Assembly (NCBI GenBank): GCA_024704765.1
Contig: JAKMXF010000321.1
Span: 868,001 to 932,000, forward strand
Origin: Oopsacas minuta
Taxonomy: Eukaryota > Animalia > Porifera
Reading direction: 5' to 3'
Length of the DNA stretch: 64,000 bases
Shown piece after piece: positions 19,135-31,315 of this stretch. Each line of letters starts with the position of its first letter. Position 1 is the stretch's first letter. The position numbers and the translations under genes are program-made. Below the pieces are notes generated by a model, which worked only from the letters and a program-made list of their open reading frames with translations, ran no database searches and was not told the DNA's origin.

Positions 19135-22100
19135 CTACAACAGAGGTTCAATACTAATCTCCAATACAGAGCAAGGCATTGGTAAGTGAAAATTAGCTAA
19201 CACAGTAGGATGCAATACACCGAAATTCCCAATCTTCTTACCTTTAAATAATACCTGTACACATCTGCCTGGGAAATATGACGGTTCATCAACAGCCTCT
19301 AACTCATACCCAGTATCCTTATCTCTCACTACATCTACCAGTAACATAACACGTTCTAACAGACCATGTATTATCTCAAAACCAGCTGTTGTACTAAAGT
19401 AAGCAGCACACAAGTTCCTGGTGTTCTCAGCTTGTACATCTCTGTTTGGAGTCTTAAGCGCTATATCTGATATCTCAAATACTTTGAGTGGTTTAGCAAG
19501 ATTTAGGTTAGAAGATAGAGTCTTGAGGATACCAGGAATGAGAGAGGTACGTACCACCTGGAATTCTGCTGCTTTAGGGTTAGCTACATGTACTGCTGGT
19601 ATCTAGTAGGAAGAAGACACAACATGATATTCTAGTGAAATATATAATTGAAAAATTTCAAATACATAAATAGATATCATTTCTTGGTCGGAACTCAGAA
19701 GCGCCATGGGTATCTAGAATTCTAGATACGAACTGTCTCTACTCTCAAGAGATCGTTTGAATATCCCCTCTGATTAGGGGAAGCTAGGGGTTGCTGGCAA
19801 CCCAAGCACCAACCCTTGGAATACTACTAGCAACCGCACAGCAACTCGAAAGAGGAATTCTAGATAAACCACTGAGACCTCCAAAACGTGATATCAACCA
19901 AAGGAAGTCAAAATAATATGACACCTTCCTAAACAATCACCCACAAATAATAACCAGTGTAAACACACCTCTTTTAGTTGTAGTTGTAGATTTAGTCTCT
20001 CACAGATATCCTTCCTACCACACATAATGAATGTTAGCAGCTCTGTAAATCCAGCCTCAGCTAGCTCTAGTCTTAGTAAGTCAGTTAGTTTATTCAGAGG
20101 CTGTTGCCTACCCGTAGTACTCATATCAGGTAGAGATCTGGGTATCTTGTTATACCCATAAGCTATAGCATAGTCCTCCATTATATCACATGGGTGTATG
20201 ACGTCAGCACGTGTGGGAGGTACACTGATTACGATATTGTCCCCAGAGGGGTCTGGATGTGAAGTTAAGCACATTCTAGTCAGCAGCTTAGATACCGTGT
20301 CTGAATCTGAGTTAAGACCTAATCCCTGGTTCAGATAGGCTACAGACACCGATTCAGATCTGTAAGATAGATCTGGATACACCTTCTTGCTACCATCTGG
20401 ATTCTCTATCTGGTAGAAGAGAATGTAGTGATTATAATGTTTATGAGGGTACCATTAAGCTGTAGTCGGTTAAATGACACGCTTAGCAAGTTAATGAGTA
20501 CGCAATCGAGACGTTTGGGAATTTATCCCATCACATAATCATGTGTAAAATACCGCATATGGAGTATGGTTCTGCTGACTCTATTAGTAAGATAGCAAAA
20601 ATTTTGAGAAAACTTGCCTCACAAGGTTCAGCAGTAAACTGGTTATCACAATACTCGCTGAACATAGTAACAACAGTATTGAGTACTATATGAGCCTTAT
20701 TGAGGTCAGTTGCTGTGACGTCAATGAATAGATTCCGTGTGTTCTCATCCAGGCGTGTGTGGTTACCGTTTATAATAGGAGGGAGTGATAGCAGTACTCT
20801 GTTCTTATCATAGATAACTGGATATCTGGAAAAAATATACATAATAAATTAAAGGAAATATAATTCTGGGTTTCAACATTCAGGAATGTCATAGTAATAA
20901 ACGTGTATAACATATATTAGGTATTCATTTAAAAGGACAATTTCAAAGTTATTTTCTATAAAATATATCCTGAAAAGTGGGGATTAAAATTTAAATAAAT
21001 GAATCTCGTACAGACAAATTTTCAAGCTTCCACTCCTGAACACCCAAATTCACATACTACTAGTACATATATGGTAAAATTCTGGGATATTTTGACCCAG
21101 CGGTTTTACTAAAGTTGAATTCACCCCTGACAGGTGTGCCTTGAAATTAACTTAAATATGTGAACCGCATTTCGAAAAGTTTGAGAAACGCTTGTGTAAA
21201 AATTAGGAAATCATCAAAGCTACAAAATTGAATAAATATGAGGTCATAAACCTTGGTTTCTTCTCTATAATATGTAGATACGGCTTGAGGTGAGGATCTG
21301 ATTTGTATAACTGCATTAGTTCTTTAGCAGTAAACTCCTTGGTCTGATTAAGAGGAATAAACTTAATATCTTCAGGAGGAAGAGCTTCATAGGTAAAGGG
21401 ACCTTCTATAGAGTCTAGGTTATGGATTCCTATTGAGGCTAACGTTCTATAAAATATAAAACTGTATATCAAAATTCATGGAATTATATGTGGGATATTT
21501 GAGCAAATTTGAACAATAAAAGTACGTATATGTAATAGAATATACTCTAATACAATAAACTCCATTACTACAGTATTACCATCGCGGAAAATAGCTCTCT
21601 TAATCTGAAATTTATTATTAAGAACTATATTTGCCAAATTCAAATTGATTATATAACCACACATTATAGTAACTAACCTCTCTCTACAGATATTGTGGTG
21701 TAGCTTCTCTTGTAAATCAATAAGAGAGTCATAACGTGTTTTGTTAAGAGTGACTCCTCTCAGAACAGCTGCTAGACAGAACGGCCTCACATCAGCTGTT
21801 TCAGGGAGTACCCTAAGCTTCTGACAGACTCCTTCAGATAAAACTCTGTATGAATAATAATGTTAATTTCAAAGAGGATTAATAATTTAATTTAGTAAAT
21901 CTAGTATACTATAAAAGATCTTTGGCCAGTAGCCTAGCCCCACCTCGAATACACGTCCCTCTATAATCCCCTACTTTTGATAAGGAGTGTAACTATAACC
22001 AACTAGTCGGGTAGGAAATCTTTCAACGCTAAAGAAACACATTAGAGGAGTATATGAATAATTCATGTAAGGTAGAACTCGGGTAATTACACTCGGCTAA

Positions 22101-22803
22101 ATTAACACGTATTTTCGTTTATTAGATACATTTCTCCAAAACGGATTTCTATTTTTGTAAGAAGAATACTCAGATAAGATAATTTTCTAGACGTTTAGGC
22201 TTGCATGGTTCCAAGAACAAAATATGTAATTTACCTATCTAGAGTGCTTAAGTCCATATCTAAGCTTAAGCTTCTTATCAAAAATAGCGTACACATATAC
22301 AGTCAACTATAGATATATCAAAGCTCATTTGACTGTGTTAATTACTTCCATATAAAGCGATGAGATCTGTTACTTTGACGGTTCAGGCAACATTTGTACA
22401 ATTTCAGACTTTGATATAAATGGTATCTAACCATTATCTACTATGTATTTAGATATATCCGTGTTCGATATAATGTGAGTTGACTGTAACTTTAATTTAT
22501 CCTTGAAAATGCCTAGAAACCACTCTGAAATTGAAAAACTTACCTATAAATGTGAGCATGTTCCTTATTGCAGAGGAATACATTGAGTGCTCTAGTTAAT
22601 CCCTCAAAACATAACAAGTCATATCTGTTAGCTGGTATTTCAATTTTATAATTTCTTACTACAACCCCTCCCTCTTCTACATCCTCCCACTCATCCAGCT
22701 CAATACCAAACTCGAAACAGAGCTCATCGAACTCTTTCATACACATCTCATTACGATCTATCGCTTGAAGCAAGCTCTTCTCTGCTACTGTAAACTTAGG
22801 CAT
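19135..22803 (-). CDS. FARSB: Phenylalanyl-tRNA synthetase beta subunit, 579 aa, 6 exons (22803-22544, 21845-21678, 21446-21252, 20825-20618, 20409-19969, 19602-19135)
   Basis: Motifs [59 protein letters not shown] and [15 protein letters not shown]. Exon phases sum to 1740 nt in frame; intron 4 is GC-AG. Confidence 0.95.
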
Positions 22804-23145
22804 ATTTTGCTAGAAAAGAAACTGAAGGTAGAAATTAACTTAGTAATATTGGAATAATTATCAGTTTATCATTATAAGTTGTGGAGTGAAAGAAATAAGG
22901 GAAATGCCAAACTAAGTAATCCAGGAGTATTACATAGTAATTAATATTCAATACTTAATGAATAAGTACTAATGCTTGCACTGGTAATAAGAGAAAGAAT
23001 ATCCAAATTATCCTAAAATAGAAGTTACAGGAAATTTTACTTGTAATTTGCAATCTATTAATCTATCTAATTTAGTATTTATACCAATACTTTTCTCTAC
23101 ACGTGAGAAATCCTCACAAGATCTTTAAGAAGCAGAATAATTGGG

Positions 23146-24279
23146 ATGAATAACAGTTCTAATCTACACACAGAACTCCACATTCTAAAGGAAACTAGCT
23201 ATATAGAGAAGTTAATCGGTCTGGGATTAATACCAATCTATATCATATTATGCCTCGTGTGGTTACCCTACATTATAGCCAGGATTTTCTCACGAATTAG
23301 AAACAAAAGGAGACTTATTACTTTAATGAGTCTAGATAGTAGTTGTGATTATACGTATCGTCTCTTTGTCCAGAAGGAAGATATTTTCCGGTATGTTATG
23401 TTTCTTGTATTTCTTTGCTTTGAGCTGATCTGCTGCTTGAGTATAACTATATACGGAGTCATAATAGAACTCAAGTTAAGCGTTGATGTGATTCCAGTTG
23501 GTCCGAACTGCTCAGTAAATTCGAAAACATTCATCGGCATTTCATATGATAATAGATATATCATTATTATTCAGCATTTAGTCTTTCTGTTCGGTGCTTA
23601 TTCATTTTCCATGATGATTTGGTTGTTTGGTGCTCTGCTTCTTCATTTGAGTTTTGCAGCTAGAAATGAGTTGAAAATACAAATAGTGCTACGCTTCATC
23701 TTGTTTGGGATACTTATTAATCTCATCATATTAATATTCTCATGTATTCGATACACTAATATTTTCGGTGTCATCATACAAAGTTTGATGAATCAAATCA
23801 GTTTCTTTATTGTACTCTACATAACTAAGAAGAGATTCTTTCCTGCCATGAATAGTCGTGTTATAGATGCATACCATCTCTATAATACTAATGTGTATCT
23901 ACAACAGAAGAAATTGTCCAAACAGTATAAGGTGCTTGTCTTTGTTTTCTTGTTCACATTTGAAGTGTATATTCTGAAGTATATATGTTTTTATGATTTG
24001 TATGCAATAATTGAAACAATCTCTCTCAATCCTTGTTGGTTTCAAGTAACCTATCATCTCCCTATACTCATGATATCAGGATCTTCAAAGGGTACACTTA
24101 CTCAAATCAGCAGTTATTGCCTGGTATTCAATAACTTCATTGATCTTCTTATCTATTGTATATTTATGATCGTAAACCTGAACATTATGTATGTCACAGC
24201 TAAGAGATGCATTAAGAGCCGATTTTATGACAGAGAAAGATATCGTTATCATGTCTGTTCTGATCCTTTATTGTCTTGA
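23146..24279 (+). CDS. Orphan 7-transmembrane receptor-like protein, 377 aa, intronless
   Basis: Seven hydrophobic segments by eye, N-terminal NxS sequons, basic predicted cytoplasmic loops; paralogous to three other intact ORFs. Confidence 0.85.
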   Translation: MNNSSNLHTELHILKETSYIEKLIGLGLIPIYIILCLVWLPYIIARIFSRIRNKRRLITLMSLDSSCDYTYRLFVQKEDIFRYVMFLVFLCFELICCLSITIYGVIIELKLSVDVIPVGPNCSVNSKTFIGISYDNRYIIIIQHLVFLFGAYSFSMMIWLFGALLLHLSFAARNELKIQIVLRFILFGILINLIILIFSCIRYTNIFGVIIQSLMNQISFFIVLYITKKRFFPAMNSRVIDAYHLYNTNVYLQQKKLSKQYKVLVFVFLFTFEVYILKYICFYDLYAIIETISLNPCWFQVTYHLPILMISGSSKGTLTQISSYCLVFNNFIDLLIYCIFMIVNLNIMYVTAKRCIKSRFYDRERYRYHVCSDPLLS

Positions 24280-25424
24280 TTTTGGAAATTACAAACAGAA
24301 TATAACTAGATTATTGTTATTTGTATGCATTCTATCTTTCTTAATTGTAGTGTATTGCAATATTTAACAAAAATAAGCACACCATACACTATGTAACAAT
24401 GTTGCATCAAGATTAAACTTTTTCATCCAACCTGCTTTCATTGTGTATAGTGGGCTTTAGGGTTTGTTTATGTTCCAAAGTAAATTCGTGACCTGGGATA
24501 CTCGCTATATATCGTGGGCGGAAAGCATACTTATGTGCACGGACGTCGCCAGGATTTCACCGAGGGGGTCAAAGAAATGTAGTCTTGATTTAGATATTGA
24601 TAACAATATCCAGCCACGATCAAGTGATTTAATCACGGAATACTGAACACTGAAGAATTGACAACTATCAATCTGCGGGGAAATGTATTTCCACAGTGAA
24701 ACGAAAACTACCTCTCTAACTAACTAATTTTGTTGTACAAATTTCGGTCAATTTTGAGAATTGACAAAACCAGAGAATTGATATATCCGAGTTGGCAATA
24801 ACTGCGTACATCCATTAATACGCTGAATAGATTCCATATATCATATAAGTTTCGTAAAAACTTCATCCGAATATTTTATGGATCGCAGCAATGAAATTCA
24901 TGCAGAGAGGATATATGTATAATGCCAACCGGTGAAGTAAACGCGGGACCCAATGTACTAATTAAGGGAGACACCCCGAGCACTTCGTCATAACGAGAGT
25001 TTACTGTATTCGGTTGGGCTACTATTTATTAAGACTGATATTCGGTTCAATCTGTTTCAGTCCTAGAAAATATCAACGAAAAATTATCCGAAGTTTATGG
25101 AAATCTACTAATCTCGTCTCGCTCTGAGTAAGGGATTAGAAATCAGAAAAGTAATTAAGGGAAATATCTAATTGAATATACCAGAAGGATTCAAATAGTA
25201 ATACATAATTACATAATTGATATGAGCTATGACGTACTTAATTCAAAATATTGTGACAAATGTCTGCACCGCATAATAGGAGAAATAATATCCAAATTAT
25301 CCTATGATGTAATTACAAATATTGTATTAATAATTAATAAATCGGTTTAATTTAGTATTTATACCAATACTTTTCTCTTTACGTGAGAAATCCTCACAAA
25401 ATCTTTAAGAGCAGAATAATTGAG

Positions 25425-26540
25425 ATGAATAACAGTTCTAATCAACACACAGAACTCCACATTCTAAAGAAAACTAGCTATATAGAGAAGTTAATCGGTG
25501 TGGGATTAATACTAACCTATATCATATTATGCCTCGTGTGGTTACCCTACATTATAGCCAGGATTTTCTCACGAATTAGAAACAAAAGGAGACTTATTAC
25601 TTTAATGAGTCTAGATAGTAGTTGTGATTATACGTATCGTCTCTTTGTCCAGAAGGAAGATATTTTCCGGTATGTTATATTTCTTATATTTCTTTGCTTT
25701 GAGCTGATCTGCTGCTTGAGTATAACTATATACGGAGTCATAATAGAACTCAAGTTAAGCGTTAATGTGAGTCCAGTTGGTCCGAACTGCTCAGTAAATT
25801 CGAAAACATTCAGCAGTTTTTCTTATGATATTCAGAAATTTCTCCTTTTGTTCGATGCTTTTTCATTTTCCATGATGATTTGGTTGTTTGGTGCTCTGCT
25901 TCTTCATTTGAGTTTTGCAGCTAGAAATGAGTTGAAAATACAAATAGTGCTGCGCTTCATCTTGTTTGGGATACTTATTAATCTCACCATATTAATATTC
26001 TCATGTATTCGATACACTAGTATTTTCGGTGTCATCACACAAAGTTTGATGGATCAAATCAGTTTCTTTATTGTACTCTACATAACTAAGAAGAGATTCT
26101 TTCCTGCCATGAATAGTCGTGTTATAGATGCATATCATCTCCATAGTACTAATGTGTATCTACAACAGAAGAGATTGTTCAAACAGTATAAGGTGATTGT
26201 CTTTGTTTTCTTGTTCTTATCCGAATTAGTTATCCTGAAATGTGTATGTTTGTATGATTTGTATGCAATAATTGAAACAATCTCTCTCAATCCTTGTTGG
26301 TTTCAAGTAACCTATCATCTCCCTATACTCATGATATCAGAATCTTCAAAGGATACACTTACTCAAATCAGCAGTTATTGCCTGGTATTCAATTATTTCA
26401 TTGATCTTCTTATCTATTGTATATTTATGACCGTAAACCTGAACATTATGTATGTCACAGCTAAGAGATGCATTAAGAGCCGATTTTATGACAGAGAAAG
26501 ATATCGTTATCATGTCTGTTCTGATCCTTTATTGTCTTGA
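25425..26540 (+). CDS. Orphan 7TM protein, recent tandem duplicate of 23146-24279
   Basis: Nearly identical CDS and flanks. The first ATG (MNNSSN) is at 25425; the ORF-track start at 25383 is GTG. Confidence 0.85.
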   Translation: MNNSSNQHTELHILKKTSYIEKLIGVGLILTYIILCLVWLPYIIARIFSRIRNKRRLITLMSLDSSCDYTYRLFVQKEDIFRYVIFLIFLCFELICCLSITIYGVIIELKLSVNVSPVGPNCSVNSKTFSSFSYDIQKFLLLFDAFSFSMMIWLFGALLLHLSFAARNELKIQIVLRFILFGILINLTILIFSCIRYTSIFGVITQSLMDQISFFIVLYITKKRFFPAMNSRVIDAYHLHSTNVYLQQKRLFKQYKVIVFVFLFLSELVILKCVCLYDLYAIIETISLNPCWFQVTYHLPILMISESSKDTLTQISSYCLVFNYFIDLLIYCIFMTVNLNIMYVTAKRCIKSRFYDRERYRYHVCSDPLLS

Positions 26541-28329
26541 TTTTGGAAATTACAAACAGAATATAACTAGATTATTGTTATTTGTATGCATATTATCTTT
26601 CTTGTAGTGTATCGCAATATTTAAACTCAGACAAGGTTTCGCTAGTCTGTTTTATGGAAAATGAAATTTCATGCACTAGTGTCTGGCCAGAACAAGTCCT
26701 TTTAGGGAGTCAATTTAAAGTCGGGGGCATAGGGCAGTACTTCATCTAGCCTCATCTAATCCGCGAATCCAATGCCTTAATTCGCATTGAGCATACAGAT
26801 GAAGGCCTCTGTTTCGCGCACCCTTGTATACTGATAAAAATCACGCACCTCTCGGTGCGTGCATGGAGGGATGCCGAGTTCCCAGATCAATGCCTGGTCT
26901 AGAGCCTATGCCATGCCAACAAGGCCTCTCGCCAAGCCGTGAGAATTTTTCTCAAAAGATGTGAGATTTAGCATTTCAGGTTTCTGCATCAAAATGTAGA
27001 GTGAAGGATCATAAAAATTGCGTGAGATTTCACTTTTTGACTTCTGAAAAATTTTAAGGAATTTTTGCCCCCGAAAAGTGTAGCAGTGTTGCCAGATGAT
27101 GTGCCCACAATGTTCATTTACATGTTTCTCAATCAATTCAGAAGAATCGTCGTGTAGATGATATTGTAAGACAAATAATTATTCGATATTCTATTCAAAT
27201 GCGAAGACATACAGTAGAATCCCGTTATGTTAATTAGTACACGAAAGGACCTTCAAAATTTGTACTTTTTATCCGGAGTACGAATTGACCGGAGCAATAT
27301 TAATTGAAAACCATTGTAAGGACCTGATTTTGTATAAATATGTGTACTTCTAATCCGAAATTTCGTATTAAACTTAAACTTATATCTAGTTTTTCTATCA
27401 AAAGTTAATCGTTTAGGCTCCAGAATTGATCGAAGAAACTAGAAGACCCCAGAGCTGATTTTCGGCACACTTGGGCATTTTGATCCTGGCTTTGACGAGT
27501 TTGGAACAAATTTCACACTACAAAGAAACGTGTAAGATATGAAGTAAAGACAGATCAATTATAAGCAAAATTTACTGAAAAGGGTCAAATTATGTTTAAT
27601 CCTTTTGGGAAAATGATGCCCGTATCTCGAAGTCCGAATAAGAGAGGTTCGAATGTAATTAGATTTAGATTCGTATGTAAGTATACACTTGAGAATATTT
27701 TAATGATAGCTCCCAACCTTAGTAAACTCCAAATGCTGATCATCAACTTCATAAATTCTTGACTATAAAACGTAGCCGTTTATGGTAATAGTTTGTTATA
27801 ATGATATGACTATTGATCGGGAAGAATCGATATTTATAATATAAGCACGAAATAGTAGAAATATGAAAATATCGTAATACAACTTTTTGACTTGGGGTGA
27901 ATGTTTTAAATAAGGACAAAACTGATTGTGTTATAGTCGCTCGCATGACCCTAGCTGCACTACCAGTCTGTCGGCTGGTTTTGTTTGTCCGGAATTGATT
28001 TAGGAACTGGTAAGAGCTAGAAAATTCATAGCATTTAAATGAATAATAATTTCACTACTTTCAATCGACTACATTCAACAGATTCATCAAGCACTATAAA
28101 GCACTGAGTACAAAATTTCAATACAATTTTAGAGCCACGCAATTCGCTTTAATGATAGCATTCAGCGTAGCCATATGATAACCAATTACATATCAGGGAC
28201 GTAGTCACCGGTGCGGTTGATCAGTTTTCAACCTGACCGCTTTTGATAACAATTCCGGTTGTGCAGGTTAACCTGACAACTTTGTCTTATGTGTGCTGTA
28301 TCCAACCAGAACACTTGTATTTTTTGCTA

Positions 28330-28600
28330 AGGCCCTGTATCTAGCCTAATGGACGTTCAGCAAAAATACTGATCTTTGATAGGTTATAATGACCATACAG
28401 TAAGTTTTTTCAAGATTCAATACCATCTTGTTGTCATTGCACAATTTCGATATTCGATACAGATCATTGGTTAAGTGATACTTCCTACCCCCTGTTGTCA
28501 GGGTAGCATCATCGGCAAAGAGAGTTGTTAATGAATTGTGTGTTACTGTTAAGGGGAGATAATTAATATACAATAAAAAAGTAGAAGTCATATTTGAACA
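28330..28600 (-). mobile_element. LINE reverse-transcriptase fragment
   Basis: FLLYINYLP...LFADDATL...DLYRISKLCNDNKMVLNLEKT: the (Y/F)ADD catalytic region and downstream motif of CR1/L2-type RT. Confidence 0.8.
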
Positions 28601-28858
28601 TGTGAAAGATATTTTTGATTATTTCAACCCTTGCGAAATGATTTATTTTCTCCATTCACATAGTTAAAATCTCAATTATTGTCTATTTGTCTGTTTTAGT
28701 GCAGTCCCTATAGGGAGATGCTAAGGCTTCATCTAGGTTATCACTTGTCATGGACATACGCCTAGTATGGAATTCTCATTGATACGTCTGGAGACGGACT
28801 ACTAAATTACCCAGACGTGACAAAGCTAAACCACAGTCAAAAATGCATATGCTGAACC

Positions 28859-29020
28859 ATAGCCTTCTCTATATAAGGCCTACCATCAACCTCGAATTTT
28901 TGGACTAGGGATATAATAGTGTACGGTAAATATTATATTAGAATACAGAATGGTTTCATATCGCACAAACAGTACTTTTATGCCCAAGTTAATGTATCAC
29001 AGATATGTAGAATATCATGT
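28859..29020. repeat. Dispersed repeat, second copy at about 38622-38780
   Basis: AGCCTTCTCTATATAAGGCC...GTGTACGGTAAATATTATAT...CATATCGCACAAACAGTAC...CAGATATGTAGAA...TCTCCAAACCA is shared by both loci. Confidence 0.8.
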
Positions 29021-29301
29021 CTCCAAACCAGCAAAGCAAAAAAGTTATCAAAATGTGCCAATTTCTTTGCTTGGTAAGCATTATTTGGAGAATATGGCCC
29101 AATCTTTGATGAGCTGTAGAACGTCAATTATTACATCTTTGATTTCAAAGTTAATGTACGAAATGATGTAAAGATGCTTTTGTAAACATATTAAAATTTT
29201 GTCATGATAAAGTTGGCAGGTTTTTGAGTTACAGTAGTGACCATGGATGGTGATAATTTGTCAATATGCATTTATAAGTCGAAAACCCTCAATAATATAA
29301 C

Positions 29302-29514
29302 AAAACTCACTATTGCCGATTTATAGTATACACCCGATTTCCCATACCCTTTTGTACATGTTGATATGATATCTACAAGGATTATTACACAGTCATCAAT
29401 AAAGCCATATATGGTAATATTAAGGATTGCGTAATTATAGGAGATATCATATCAACATGTACAAAAGGGTATGGGAAATCGGGTGTATACTATAAGTCGG
29501 CAATAGTGAGTTTT
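29302..29514. repeat. Long inverted repeat / foldback (73-bp arms, 67-nt spacer)
   Basis: 29302-29374 and 29442-29514 are reverse complements with one mismatch. Confidence 0.92.
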
Positions 29515-30089
29515 TGAACCTTGAAATTGTCATTTTTGAATTCAGCGCCCAAAGATTGTGATAGATACCAAATTTAGTGACTAAAAATACAGAATGTTCA
29601 GCCTATGCATTTTTGACTGTGGTTGCTTCAGGAAGTGAGGCCAGCAGACCTTTACCGCTCCAAATTTTTGAGAAATAATGATAGTACTATATTATGGTGA
29701 TAGTGATGCTATCGGCCCAAGCTTTAAGACAACTATAATGTTCAAGGGCCTCATACTGTCCTGAATCGATTACACATTTTCCTGTTTTAGTAAAAAGCTT
29801 AATTTTAATGTTAATCATTTGAAATTTATCGCCCTAATCCTGGTGAATAAAAATACACACATTAGCATTCAGGCGTATTTATCAAATTTGATATATCTCA
29901 GATTCAGATTGTTATCTCGTAACGTTAATATGTTAGAAAATATATTTTAGGATAATTGTAGTTTTTGTAATAACGTATACATATTGAATCTCCCAATAGA
30001 GTTAATAGATGTTATGAAATGTCACTAAGCAAATATTTGACCTTACACCTTAATTTCTTTGGTAATATTATTCACAACTATATTTTAAC

Positions 30090-30096
30090 TATAAAA
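30090..30096 (+). promoter_or_regulatory. Putative TATA box of the 7TM gene at 30155
   Basis: TATAAAA 59 nt upstream of the ATG; TATA-like motifs occur at comparable positions upstream of the other family members. Confidence 0.45.
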
Positions 30097-30154
30097 AGCA
30101 TGAAACTATAACAAATAGAAAATTAATTTACTAGATTCATAGTATTTTACGATT

Positions 30155-31315
30155 ATGATTAACTCTTCTAACAAAAGTTCAGACCCTCGCCCCGATGAGT
30201 TTACATATCTAAACTCTGTTAACGATAAAGTGTATTATGTTGATCAGGTACTGGGATTTGTATACACTTCTCTATGTGTATTCTGGTTAGTTTATGTCAT
30301 AATATGGGTATTAACAACGATAAAGCAAAGAAAGAATTTAATTCATTTAATGAAGAGAGACATTACATACGATTATAGAGTTCGCCTCTTCTTAAAAACC
30401 GAATCAATCTTAAGGAATGTTATTTTTCTTATTTTTCTATGTTTCGAGCTGAGCTATTGCTCAATCATAAACATTTTCGGGTTTTTGTATTTCTTTTATA
30501 ATCCTGAGGATATCTTGATCTCGATTGGTTCTAACTGCACATTACAAACAGGGACATTTCTAGGGAATGCATATGACACTAGAGTTGGTCTGGTTGCTCT
30601 TAATGTTCTTTCAATTTGTGGCTATTTATCGTTTTCCATGATGATTTGGTTTTTCGGTGCATCTCTTCTCCATTTGAGTTTTGCTGCTAGAAATCAGCTG
30701 AAAATGAGAACAGTTCTTCACTTCATCTTGTTAGGAATAGTTATCAATATAGCCTTCACAATAATTACACTAATTCCATATACTAGCATATTCGGTAAAA
30801 TAGCTCAAAGCTTGATGGATCAAATCAGTTTCTTTATTGTGCTCTATATCGCTAACAAGAAATTCTTTCCTGCCATGAATAGTCGTATTATAGATGCATA
30901 CCATCTCTATAATCCCAAATTACATCATCAACAAAAATATTTGCTAAAACAATATAAAGTACTTGTTTTTGTTTTCTTATTTACTTTTGAAATATATATT
31001 CTAAACAGTTTAATCTTCTACAACTTGTTTGTTATTTTAGAATCAATCTGTGTGAATGCTTGTTGGTTTCATGTGACTTATCATCTTCCTATGTTCACAA
31101 TACCAGAGTCTACGAATCATACTCTCAGTATAATCTTCTATTACTTTTTAATATTGGTACATCTAGCTGACTTTATTGTTTATTTCAATTTTATTGTTGT
31201 GAATTCAATTTTTCTATTCTTTCTATTCTTTAGATTCTTTAGGAACAGATTTTCTAAGAGTATGAGTTATCGATATCCAATATTCTCTGCTCCTTTATTA
31301 CCCAATAATGAATAA
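30155..31315 (+). CDS. Orphan 7TM protein, 386 aa, intronless
   Basis: Same family motifs; closest to the copy at 55582-56733. Confidence 0.85.
   Translation: MINSSNKSSDPRPDEFTYLNSVNDKVYYVDQVLGFVYTSLCVFWLVYVIIWVLTTIKQRKNLIHLMKRDITYDYRVRLFLKTESILRNVIFLIFLCFELSYCSIINIFGFLYFFYNPEDILISIGSNCTLQTGTFLGNAYDTRVGLVALNVLSICGYLSFSMMIWFFGASLLHLSFAARNQLKMRTVLHFILLGIVINIAFTIITLIPYTSIFGKIAQSLMDQISFFIVLYIANKKFFPAMNSRIIDAYHLYNPKLHHQQKYLLKQYKVLVFVFLFTFEIYILNSLIFYNLFVILESICVNACWFHVTYHLPMFTIPESTNHTLSIIFYYFLILVHLADFIVYFNFIVVNSIFLFFLFFRFFRNRFSKSMSYRYPIFSAPLLPNNE

Noticed and set aside
26700-27140. GC-richer segment with a 76-aa ORF, possibly a transposase relic
   Set aside because: All frames are interrupted and I cannot assign a family; it needs a tBLASTx/Dfam search.
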